Source of the DNA: Candidatus Vogelbacteria bacterium
Lineage (GTDB): Bacteria > Patescibacteriota > Minisyncoccia > Phycocordibacterales > JACOZG01
Length of the DNA stretch: 21,048 nt
Assembly (NCBI GenBank): GCA_043807405.1
Contig: JAZDGA010000007.1
Location: forward strand, 1 to 21,048
Direction: 5' to 3'
Of this stretch, positions 6,189-14,309 are shown in pieces. How positions within the stretch are numbered: position 1 is the first letter of the stretch; each line of letters begins with the position of its first letter. Position numbers and translations under genes: made by a program. The notes under the pieces were generated by a model. The model ran no database searches. It was given only the letters and a program-made list of their open reading frames with translations, and was not told the origin of the DNA.

Positions 6189-6776
6189 ATGCCCGTCACG
6201 AAACATAAAGGGCAGAGGGTGGGAGTCTTCATTGATACCCAGAACCTCTACCATTGCGCGAAGAATCTCTACCGCGCGCGCGTTAATTTCGGCGCGATTA
6301 TGAAAGATGCCGTTGCCGGCCGAACCCTCGTCCGCGCCATGGCTTATGTCGTCACCACCGAATCCGGCGAAGAGCGAAACTTCCTTGAAGCGCTCGGCAA
6401 AATTGGGATTGAAATTATTACCAAAGATTTGCAAATTTTCAGCGGTGGCGCCAAGAAAGCCGATTGGGACGTCGGTCTCGCCATTGATGCCGTCAAACTC
6501 GCCCCGCGCCTCGACGCCGTGATTATTGTTTCCGGCGATGGCGACTTCTGTCCGCTCGTTGATTATTTAAAAACCCACAATGGTAATCAAGTGGAAGTAA
6601 TCTCTTTCGGCAAAAGCACTTCCGGTAAACTCCGCGAAATCGCCGACGACTTCCTCGACTTGAGTGAGAACCCGCGCAAGTATCTCTTGGGTTACGGCAA
6701 TACTAAACGTGGCGCGCCACCGACAAACAACAACGGCCACACTCCACCCACGCCCGCTTCATCCACTGTTATCTAG
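6189..6776 (+). CDS. NYN-domain (LabA-like, PIN-related) predicted ribonuclease
   Basis: RVGVFIDTQNLYH and AVIIVSGDGDFCPLV are the two acidic signature blocks of LabA/NYN proteins. The C-terminal tail is low-complexity and Pro/Thr/Asn-rich. Confidence 0.85.
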   Translation: MPVTKHKGQRVGVFIDTQNLYHCAKNLYRARVNFGAIMKDAVAGRTLVRAMAYVVTTESGEERNFLEALGKIGIEIITKDLQIFSGGAKKADWDVGLAIDAVKLAPRLDAVIIVSGDGDFCPLVDYLKTHNGNQVEVISFGKSTSGKLREIADDFLDLSENPRKYLLGYGNTKRGAPPTNNNGHTPPTPASSTVI

Positions 6777-6823
6777 ATTTAAGACTTCTCGGTCGGATAG
6801 TTTTGTTTTATACTATAGGGACT

Positions 6824-7393
6824 ATGGTAGAACCAACAGTAACAACGACCACAGAAAAAAAAGAAACGCCCGTGAGCGAAACTCCCGAAGCGCTCTTCGA
6901 ACGCAAGCGTCAAGAAGCGCGGAAGGCGATGGAGGGACCGGAGTGGACGGAGAAGCGCGAGCGGAGCGAGCGCGAGAAAGAGAGCCTCGGCGAACGCGCG
7001 ACACTTGATCGAACATTAGCCGATCTCGCGACGCAAAAAGAAAAATTAGAACTCGATTGGATTGAGCTCGACGATCAACGGAAAATTATCAATCAAGCTT
7101 TAGCGCCGATTCTAGAACAAGAACGAACCGCGGAAACGGAAGAAGCGCGATTGGAGTTGGAAGAAGCCAAAACCGGGTTGCCTCAACCGAAACAGGGGAT
7201 TGAGAAAGAGCGTTGGACGGTTCAAGATAAACGACATCAAGCTGAACAAGTGAAGTGGGGTTGGCAAGAAAAATTATTTAAAATTGAACAAGCGATTGAG
7301 AACAACACCCAGAAATATCGCGCCTTACTTGATCAAGAAGAAACGGCGCAAGCTAAATTAAACGCCTTGAACGCTCTTGGGGGAGGCATCTAA
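6824..7393 (+). CDS. Hypothetical charged coiled-coil protein
   Basis: About 189 aa from ATG 6824 (the ORF track lists TTG 6803). The sequence is highly E/K/R/Q-rich with a heptad-like pattern. It contains RQEARKAMEG, a motif shared with the next gene. Confidence 0.55.
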   Translation: MVEPTVTTTTEKKETPVSETPEALFERKRQEARKAMEGPEWTEKRERSEREKESLGERATLDRTLADLATQKEKLELDWIELDDQRKIINQALAPILEQERTAETEEARLELEEAKTGLPQPKQGIEKERWTVQDKRHQAEQVKWGWQEKLFKIEQAIENNTQKYRALLDQEETAQAKLNALNALGGGI

Positions 7394-7397
7394 ACCC

Positions 7398-8627
7398 ATG
7401 CCTGAACAGGATTTAGCGACGCGGCGCGAAGAAGCTAGGCGAGCGATGGAAGGGGATGAACGCCAGGCGGCTCGTCTTAAGCGAGAGCAAACGATTGGCA
7501 AACGGCGAGTTGAAGCCCAGCGTGCGATGGAAAGTCCAACGCATCGAGCGCGCCGGGAGGCGCGCGAGCGAGCGGTCAGAGAATCCACCCAAATAAGTGA
7601 GGCTCAAACAGCGGCCGAACGGGCGACGCGCGATCAGGCGGACAAATTAGTCGCGGAAGCTAAAGCTAAGGCGGAGCGACTCGCCAGCCAGCAGCAGGCC
7701 ACGGAACTCGCGCGGGTTAACGCTTCCCGGCAAGCTACCGCGGAAATCGGAAAGTTGAAAAACGCCCCGACTCACCTAAGCTCGATTCGCACCTTAAAAA
7801 CCGATATGGGCGAAGCGGTCAAACAAGGGAAATCTCTGGCTGGAATAATTGTTCAGCAAGGCCAATCTATTATTAACCAAACCGTAGTGCCTGATCGTCG
7901 GCCGACGCATAACTTGTTGAGCCTTATTTTAATTCTTTTTTTCCTCGGCGCGATTGCCGGTGGTGGCACTTTGCTTTATCGTCAGTGGCGAATTAATTCG
8001 CCCGCCGCTATTCCCGGCATGGCGACCACTACCTCGAATAAACTCTCTTCATTTTTCTCCACTGATCATCAGACCGACATCAACACCACCGGCAAAACCG
8101 TAGATGTTTTACGGGGCGAAATCCGCCAAGCAGGCGCCGGCGCGACAACCGCCGGCGCAATTGATGGGCTAACTTTTTCCAAAAATGGGACGGCGCTTGG
8201 CTTCCGCGCTTGGCAAAATCTGCTGGAACTGCATCTCCCGGACAACTTGATTAAAAACGCCGAACCAATTTTTATGTTTGGTTTCTACCACGGGGAGACG
8301 CGACGGGAGCCCTTCATCATCCTGAAAGTGAAATCGGCCGAGCGAACTTATTCCGAACTGCTCGCCTGGGAAGATAAACTACCGACCGTTTGGGACGCCT
8401 TGATCGGCAAACCGCTTGCCTCGCCGTTAGGCGGGCCCGCCAGCGTTACCGCGACCAACCCGAGCTTCCATGACCAAATAATTCAAAATCTTAACACTCG
8501 ACTGATCGAAGGCGCGGGCGTGTCTCAACCTGCCCTCTACGGTCTCCTCGACGCCAACACCATTATTCTCACCCAGACTCGCGCCGCCTTCATGGAAATC
8601 CTCACTCGCGTCCGCGCGGGACGGTAA
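7398..8627 (+). CDS. Hypothetical single-pass membrane protein with a charged N-terminal region
   Basis: ATG 7398, with GGGAGG at 7381-7386. The N-terminus carries REEARRAMEG and VEAQRAMES repeats. The TM helix is LLSLILILFFLGAIAGGGTLLY, followed by a C-terminal domain of about 210 aa with no recognisable family. Confidence 0.6.
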   Translation: MPEQDLATRREEARRAMEGDERQAARLKREQTIGKRRVEAQRAMESPTHRARREARERAVRESTQISEAQTAAERATRDQADKLVAEAKAKAERLASQQQATELARVNASRQATAEIGKLKNAPTHLSSIRTLKTDMGEAVKQGKSLAGIIVQQGQSIINQTVVPDRRPTHNLLSLILILFFLGAIAGGGTLLYRQWRINSPAAIPGMATTTSNKLSSFFSTDHQTDINTTGKTVDVLRGEIRQAGAGATTAGAIDGLTFSKNGTALGFRAWQNLLELHLPDNLIKNAEPIFMFGFYHGETRREPFIILKVKSAERTYSELLAWEDKLPTVWDALIGKPLASPLGGPASVTATNPSFHDQIIQNLNTRLIEGAGVSQPALYGLLDANTIILTQTRAAFMEILTRVRAGR

Positions 8628-8708
8628 ACCAGATTTTAAGTTTCATTTCGTTTCATAAAAACTCTTTCAGATTGCATAAAAGTTGAAAACATATACAATC
8701 TGTCTATA

Positions 8709-9533
8709 ATGAACGGACAAGTTAAAACTAAAATAAATGACCTAGACTTGGATAACTGGAAGGGATACCAGGATATTTTTACGGATAGTTTGTGGTTAAT
8801 TGGTGAGCGCGATAAATCCGGCGCGCACAATAACGCTTATCACGGAAATTTTATTCCGCAGATTCCGAATCAGATGATGAGGCGTTTCACCAAAAGAGGC
8901 GATGTTGTTTTGGATGCCTTTTTGGGCCACGGCACAACACTTATTGAAGCAAAAAGGTTGGGGCGACACGGGATAGGTATTGAGCTTATGCCGGAAGTCG
9001 CGCGTACAGCAGTCCAAAATATCAATAGTGAACTTCCGAATGGCGAAAAAGTTTTTTCGAAAGTTATTGTTGCTGATAGCACAACAAAAGAAGCGTACGA
9101 AAAAGTTTTGGATACTCTCAAGAATAATGGTCAAAAAAATGTCCACATGATTATTTTGCATCCTCCATACCACGACATAATCAAATTTAGCGATAAAAAA
9201 GAGGATTTGTGTAACACTGCAACAGTTGAAGAATTTACTACAAAATTCGGTGATGTGATAGAAAACTTTTCTGGCTTATTAGACCGAAATAGGTATCTAG
9301 CTATTGTTATCGGCGACAAATACACAAATAGCGAATGGGTACCGCTTGGCTTTTATCTTATGCAAGAAACGCTAAAACGCGGGCAGGATTTGAAATTAAA
9401 AAGCATTTTGGTAAAAAATATGGCAAATAATCGCGCGAAATTAAATCAAGAAAATCTGTGGAGATATCGTGCGCTTGTTGGCGGTTTTTACATTTTCAAA
9501 CATGAATATATTTTAGTTTTTAAGAAATCATAA
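8709..9533 (+). CDS. SAM-dependent DNA methyltransferase (N4-C/N6-A type, PF01555-like)
   Basis: NFIPQIPNQMMRRFTKRGDVVLDAFLGHGTTLIEAKRLGRHGIGIE matches the motif X/I-III block of N4/N6 methylases. It is followed by MIILHPPYHD, where the catalytic tetrapeptide HPPY is at nt 9159-9170. The region is AT-rich. Confidence 0.8.
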   Translation: MNGQVKTKINDLDLDNWKGYQDIFTDSLWLIGERDKSGAHNNAYHGNFIPQIPNQMMRRFTKRGDVVLDAFLGHGTTLIEAKRLGRHGIGIELMPEVARTAVQNINSELPNGEKVFSKVIVADSTTKEAYEKVLDTLKNNGQKNVHMIILHPPYHDIIKFSDKKEDLCNTATVEEFTTKFGDVIENFSGLLDRNRYLAIVIGDKYTNSEWVPLGFYLMQETLKRGQDLKLKSILVKNMANNRAKLNQENLWRYRALVGGFYIFKHEYILVFKKS

Positions 9534-9534
9534 A

Positions 9535-10434
9535 ATGGAATATATAAAATCAAAACTATCTGATGATTTGGCAAAAAAGATTTTAGGAAGCAAGGAAAAT
9601 GCTCTTGCTTATTTATCGCGTTTGAATAAGGAAAAATCCATTGCCGGGTTGAATTTCAAGACGCTTAATCGCGGGAAAAACAAAGGTTTATCTGTGCTAG
9701 ATATTGATTCTGGAAATATCTGGAAAATTGTTGTTGATAGCTGGGATTATGAATGGGGTAAAAAGGTTGTCAGAGAAATGTTTAAGGAAACTGAAAAATA
9801 TAAAAGTGGCAAAGAAGCAAACACTGTCATGGACTTACTGATTAAAGAATGGGAAACATTAAAGATCGGGAAGATTGAGTGGCCATTTTCTCAGGGAGAT
9901 TTTGATGGTTTTGTCCAGCGAATAAATTCGGAAAAATCAACCGGATTAGTAAAAGATGAAAAAGTAAAAACTGCAGCTGTAAAATATCGGAGAATAAAAG
10001 AAATAAACACAGTGAGAAATGACTTTATTGAAACTTTAATTTTTGAGAAAAACCAAAATATTTTACCAACTCTGAATCATAGACGGGGATTAGATTTTTT
10101 TATTGATGGTGTATCTTACGACCAAAAAGTAGCGAAAAGTCCGACAAATCAATTTAAAAATCATTTTAAGGAAAAGTGGCGTGAGATGGCAATTAAAAAC
10201 CCCGCGCTTGTGGCAGAATATCTTTATAAGTATCAAGACGAAGGAAGATTCGGCGCCGACCCGCGTTTACTTGTTGTTTATATTGATGAAGATGTATCAA
10301 TACAAAAAATCAGAGAAATTATTAAAAACGCTAATATAGATGAACCGATGGAGATTAATTTTTCTTTTAAGCATAAAATACAGGGTGATAAAAATTACAA
10401 AGTGCCATGTTTTGTAATTTTGCTTTATAAATAA
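9535..10434 (+). CDS. Hypothetical protein; putative cognate type II restriction endonuclease
   Basis: It starts 1 nt after the methylase stop and has the same low-GC composition. A possible PD-(D/E)xK-like signature is GLDFFIDGVSYDQK (D187...D196-Q-K198, nt 10093-10128). No family recognised. Confidence 0.45.
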   Translation: MEYIKSKLSDDLAKKILGSKENALAYLSRLNKEKSIAGLNFKTLNRGKNKGLSVLDIDSGNIWKIVVDSWDYEWGKKVVREMFKETEKYKSGKEANTVMDLLIKEWETLKIGKIEWPFSQGDFDGFVQRINSEKSTGLVKDEKVKTAAVKYRRIKEINTVRNDFIETLIFEKNQNILPTLNHRRGLDFFIDGVSYDQKVAKSPTNQFKNHFKEKWREMAIKNPALVAEYLYKYQDEGRFGADPRLLVVYIDEDVSIQKIREIIKNANIDEPMEINFSFKHKIQGDKNYKVPCFVILLYK

Positions 10435-10481
10435 TTATAAAATAATGAGGATAGATATGGGCACTTGTCATATAATTGAAA

Positions 10482-10509
10482 ACCATTTTGCTAGTGTCGG
10501 CAAAATGGT
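10482..10509 (+). terminator. Perfect 10-bp hairpin downstream of the R-M pair (possible terminator)
   Basis: ACCATTTTGC (10482-10491) pairs with GCAAAATGGT (10500-10509) around an 8-nt loop. No clean T-run follows. Confidence 0.35.
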
Positions 10510-10541
10510 CAATCGGATTCTAATTTGATAAGGTGGTTCAT

Positions 10542-10874
10542 ATGAATTCTATTATTTGGCTGGGGGTTATCATCCTTTTGGCGTTAGTTGGAGTCTTAGG
10601 AGATTTTTTTATTAAACTTTCTGGGATAAAAATTCCAGCCGACTGGCGCCTATTTAGTATTGGCCTGATTATTTATGCCTTAACCGCTTTCGGTTGGTTC
10701 TTCGTCATGCGCCAGGTAAAACTCTCCACCCTCGGAGTATTTTATGCTTTGGGTACGGTATTATTTCTAACCCTCGTGAGCACTTTGTATTTCAAAGAAT
10801 CTCTTAACCCTTACGAAATTATTGGGATAATTTTAGCAATTATTTCTCTGGTCTTGTTGGGGCGTTTCGCTTAA
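10542..10874 (+). CDS. Small four-TM membrane protein, SMR/DMT superfamily (ArnE/ArnF- or EamA-like)
   Basis: 110 aa from ATG 10542, with AAGGTGG 5-6 nt upstream. It has four hydrophobic helices and an acidic residue in TM1 (VLGDFFIK). Confidence 0.6.
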   Translation: MNSIIWLGVIILLALVGVLGDFFIKLSGIKIPADWRLFSIGLIIYALTAFGWFFVMRQVKLSTLGVFYALGTVLFLTLVSTLYFKESLNPYEIIGIILAIISLVLLGRFA

Positions 10875-10945
10875 AAAATTCCGTTTCATGTTTCATCAGA
10901 CAAATCGCTTGCCAAGCGGGGGTCGGTTGTAATAGACTATCGGGA

Positions 10946-11323
10946 ATGGAACAAACATTAAATCTGGAAAAGTTGAAGGCGAAGCTCGAAGCGGAGAAAA
11001 TTTTACTTCAAGAAGAACTGTCCGGCATTGCGCATAAGAATCCCAAAAATTCAAAAGATTGGGAAGCTTCATCGGCTGAAACTGGCGAGCCTGATTTCAA
11101 CGACGAGACCGCCGATCGAATTGAAGAATTTGAAGAACGGCAAGCGGAAACTGATCCACTTGAGAAACAACTTCAAAATATCGAACGCGCGCTTGCCCAT
11201 ATCGCCGATGGCACTTATGGTAAATGCGAGATCTGCCAAGCGTCGATTGAGATGGCGCGTCTAGAAGCGAATCCCGAAGCCCGCACTTGCAAGAAACATC
11301 TCGATCAAGAGACGGCTCGGTAA
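10946..11323 (+). CDS. DksA/TraR-family zinc-finger protein
   Basis: An N-terminal coiled coil is followed by GTYGKCEICQASIEMARLEANPEARTCKKH, which reads C-x2-C-x17-C-x2-H. Confidence 0.75.
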   Translation: MEQTLNLEKLKAKLEAEKILLQEELSGIAHKNPKNSKDWEASSAETGEPDFNDETADRIEEFEERQAETDPLEKQLQNIERALAHIADGTYGKCEICQASIEMARLEANPEARTCKKHLDQETAR

Positions 11324-11329
11324 TTTCTT

Positions 11330-12889
11330 ATGTTAGCAAAGGTTTACGCGGCACAAGTGGTCGGTTTGAAAGCCGATACTGTAGAGGTTGAAGTGGATAT
11401 TGCGAAGGGGCTTCACTCTTTCACTATTGTCGGACTTCCCGACAAGGCGGTAGAAGAGGCCCGTGACCGGATCAGCGCCGCAATCAAAAATTCCGGTTTC
11501 CCCTCGCCCCAGCGCGGTAATCGCAAAGTCATTGTCTCTCTCGCCCCCGCCGACCTCAAGAAAGAAGGGTCGGCGTTTGACTTGGCGATTGCCGTGGCTC
11601 ACCTGCTTGCCAGTCGGGAGATCCGTTTCGCGCCGGCGGGCAAAGCTTTCCTCGGTGAACTGGCTCTAAACGGCGAACTCCGGCCGATTAAAGGCACCTT
11701 GCTTCTCGTTAAACATCTGCGCGCCGCCGGGTTCCGCGAAGTTTTCTTGCCCATCGGCAATGCCCAAGAAGCCGCCTTGATTGAAGGCATCGTGATTTAC
11801 GGCTGTCGCTGTCTCCGCGATCTCGCCGATTATTTATCACCGAAACCAGAACCCGAGGGAAAGGAAAAAATTGTGGTCATTAAAAAACTTACCCCTCAAC
11901 CGCCGACGATTATTTCTTATGCCGACGACGCGCCCTTGATTGATCTCGCCGATGTCGTCGGTCAGGCGTCCGGCAAACGAGGGTTAGAGATCGCCGCGGC
12001 CGGCGGGCATAATATCGCCATGGCGGGACCGCCCGGGACGGGCAAGACGATGCTCGCCAAAGCCCTAAGCGGAATTCTGCCACCCCTGCCTTTCGATCAA
12101 GTTCTTGAAGCCACGGGAATTCATTCCGTCTCCGGCGCGCTCGCCGAAGGCGAGCTCGTCACGCAACCAGTCTTTCGCGCGCCTCATCACACCGCCTCTT
12201 ACATCTCGCTCGTCGGCGGCGGCACGATCCCGCGCCCCGGGGAGATCACCCTCGCTCATCGCGGTGTCCTCTTCCTCGACGAATTTCCCGAGTTCGACAA
12301 GCGCGTCATTGAAGCGCTCCGCCAGCCATTGGAAGATCGCATCATCACCATCGCCCGCTCGCGCGGGACGACGACTTTCCCCGCCAGTTTTATTTTGGTC
12401 GCCACGATGAATTATTGCCCGTGTGGTAATCAAGGAATTCAAGGTAAAGAATGTATTTGTAATCCGAGCGCGCTCTTACGCTATCAACGCAAACTTTCGG
12501 GACCAATTGTTGATCGGATTGATCTCTGGATTGATGTGCCTCATATCGATCACCAAAAGCTCGCCAATGTCGGCCCGAGCGGGGAGTATTCGCGAGCGGT
12601 CCGCGAGCGCGTGATCAAGGCGCGACAAATTGCCACCCGCCGTTTCGCCGGTCTACCAATCTCGACCAATAGTGAAATGGGCGTGCGCGAACTCAAGCGC
12701 TTCGCGCCACTGTCTGATTCGGGGACAAAACTGCTTGTCGATTCAGCGCGCCGGCTCAACCTTTCGGCGCGCGCTTACCACCGCGTTATCAAACTCGCCC
12801 GCACGATTGCCGACCTCGGCGAGAGCGACCACATTCGCGACGAGCACCTTCTCGAAGCCCTGCAATACCGCCCGAAAAATAATTCATGA
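11330..12889 (+). CDS. comM: YifB/ComM family Mg-chelatase-like AAA+ ATPase
   Basis: 519 aa. The N-terminal Lon-protease-like domain reads VEVDIAKGLHSFTIVGLPDKAVEEARDRI. The Walker A is MAGPPGTGKTM and the Walker B is GVLFLDEFPEF, with a C-terminal ChlI-like tail. Confidence 0.9.
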   Translation: MLAKVYAAQVVGLKADTVEVEVDIAKGLHSFTIVGLPDKAVEEARDRISAAIKNSGFPSPQRGNRKVIVSLAPADLKKEGSAFDLAIAVAHLLASREIRFAPAGKAFLGELALNGELRPIKGTLLLVKHLRAAGFREVFLPIGNAQEAALIEGIVIYGCRCLRDLADYLSPKPEPEGKEKIVVIKKLTPQPPTIISYADDAPLIDLADVVGQASGKRGLEIAAAGGHNIAMAGPPGTGKTMLAKALSGILPPLPFDQVLEATGIHSVSGALAEGELVTQPVFRAPHHTASYISLVGGGTIPRPGEITLAHRGVLFLDEFPEFDKRVIEALRQPLEDRIITIARSRGTTTFPASFILVATMNYCPCGNQGIQGKECICNPSALLRYQRKLSGPIVDRIDLWIDVPHIDHQKLANVGPSGEYSRAVRERVIKARQIATRRFAGLPISTNSEMGVRELKRFAPLSDSGTKLLVDSARRLNLSARAYHRVIKLARTIADLGESDHIRDEHLLEALQYRPKNNS

Positions 12890-12902
12890 TATTATAAGTT
12901 AT

Positions 12903-13472
12903 ATGAAACGCGCGTTCATCGTTCACGGCTGGGGGGGTTATCCGGAGGAGGGTTGGTTCCCGTGGTTGAAACAGGAATTGGAGAAAAAAGGATTTCAAGT
13001 GGTGGTACCAACAATGCCGGAGACCGACACCCCCAAAATCGAAGCGTGGGTTAATCACTTGGCCAATCTTGTTGGGCAACCAGATGAAGAAACTTTTTTG
13101 ATTGGCCACAGCATTGGTTGCCAAACTATTTTGCGCTACTTAGAACGATTACCGGCGGGACAGTATGTTGGTGGTGTAGTGTTAGTCGCCGGCTGGATCC
13201 ATCGCCTCAATGGCGATCTCTCGCCGGAGGAATTAGATATTGCTAAACCGTGGATCGAAACCCCGCTTGATTTGAATAAAGTAAAACAAGGAAGTAAAAA
13301 ATTCACTGCGATTTTTTCTGATAATGACCAATTCACTCGTCTCATGGCGGAGAACGAAGAAATTTTTAAAAACCAACTTGGCGCAAAAGTAATTGAAGAA
13401 CACAGCAAGGACCACTTCAGTGGCGATGATGGCATCACCGAATTGCCGAGTGTTTTGGAAGCTATAAAATAA
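12903..13472 (+). CDS. YdeN/RBBP9-like serine hydrolase (alpha/beta fold)
   Basis: 189 aa from ATG 12903. It contains FIVHGWGG, the nucleophile elbow LIGHSIGC (GxSxG), and later SDNDQ and KDHF. The upstream extension from 12630 overlaps comM and is rejected. Confidence 0.8.
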   Translation: MKRAFIVHGWGGYPEEGWFPWLKQELEKKGFQVVVPTMPETDTPKIEAWVNHLANLVGQPDEETFLIGHSIGCQTILRYLERLPAGQYVGGVVLVAGWIHRLNGDLSPEELDIAKPWIETPLDLNKVKQGSKKFTAIFSDNDQFTRLMAENEEIFKNQLGAKVIEEHSKDHFSGDDGITELPSVLEAIK

Positions 13473-13483
13473 CAAGCATTGGC

Positions 13484-13500
13484 GGGAGGCGTTGCCTCCC
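13484..13500 (+). terminator. GC hairpin after the hydrolase gene (weak terminator candidate)
   Basis: GGGAGGC-GTT-GCCTCCC. No strong T-run follows. Confidence 0.35.
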
Positions 13501-13688
13501 AGTATTACTAATCTTGAACCAATAATACCCATTTGTGAGTACTACTGGTTCAAGTTATATTATATATTATATCGAGAACAAATTGAGTGCAAGTGCTTTT
13601 CCCGACATTTCAAACTTCAAACTTTCGCAAAAATTTGAAAAAAAGAAAAGAAATAAAGAATAAAGAAAGATAAAACCTAAAGTTCAAA

Positions 13689-14291
13689 CTAATCCACTCT
13701 CACCCCAGAACGGACACCGTAGCGGCCAACGCGGTAGCCCGGACCACCCCCGCCGAGGCTCGCCTGACGGCCGCGGTCCCAGTAGGCGTACGAGACAGAG
13801 CCCGAAGCGGGAAACCAACCGCCGAGATTGTAGTTGGTTGAGCCGTTGCCGTCGTAATCATCAATGACTTGATTGGTTTCTTCCAAGTAAGTGATGGCTT
13901 GAGCCAACCAGTCTTCGGGGGTGAGGCCGGATTTGGCGGGATCTAAATCAACCAAGCACTCGGCTGGGGTTCTGCCTGCTTCCATCCTTTTACGCCCACC
14001 GACAGTTTCACCTTGACCGGCACGCGGGATATTGGGATTATCTTCGATCAGGAGCAGACTCCAGCCGGCGTTTTCGTTTTCTGCCAGAATTTCGGCTTTG
14101 GTTTTGCCACTGTGGTTGTTCTTGTCAAAAACCAGCGGATGATAGACCAACTTTCCTTCTATGTCAGCCTTGCTGTATTCGTCCCAAACCCAGAGCGGCT
14201 GATTCTCGTCCAGTTCGAGCGACTGATCGGGCTCATTTGGATTTTTCTTGGTCGCCAAGAGTTTGCCCTTACGATGATGGTCTAGAATCAC
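13689..14291 (-). CDS. Hypothetical protein (200 aa) with a Gly/Arg-rich C-terminus
   Basis: Long GC-rich ORF. The only available start is GTG 14291, with no SD, and an in-frame TAA lies at 14304-14306. The start sits 18 nt from the IS left end. No family recognised. Confidence 0.5.
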   Translation of the reverse strand: MILDHHRKGKLLATKKNPNEPDQSLELDENQPLWVWDEYSKADIEGKLVYHPLVFDKNNHSGKTKAEILAENENAGWSLLLIEDNPNIPRAGQGETVGGRKRMEAGRTPAECLVDLDPAKSGLTPEDWLAQAITYLEETNQVIDDYDGNGSTNYNLGGWFPASGSVSYAYWDRGRQASLGGGGPGYRVGRYGVRSGVRVD

Positions 14292-14309
14292 TTGCTTGTA
14301 TTTTTAGAG

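Noticed and set aside
6664-7008. 114-aa Arg-rich plus-strand ORF
   Set aside because: It overlaps the 3' end of the NYN gene and the 5' end of the coiled-coil gene in an alternative frame. Its extreme Arg/Thr/Ser composition is typical of an off-frame reading of GA-rich coding sequence.
10445-10528. 27-codon ORF (MRIDMGTCHIIENHFASVGKMVNRILI) between the R-M pair and the transporter
   Set aside because: It is very short, has no RBS, and spans the 10-bp hairpin. It is more likely non-coding spacer.
12630-12902. N-terminal 91-aa extension of the hydrolase ORF
   Set aside because: The extension lies entirely within the comM coding region in another frame. The hydrolase family begins at MKRAFIVHGWGG (ATG 12903).
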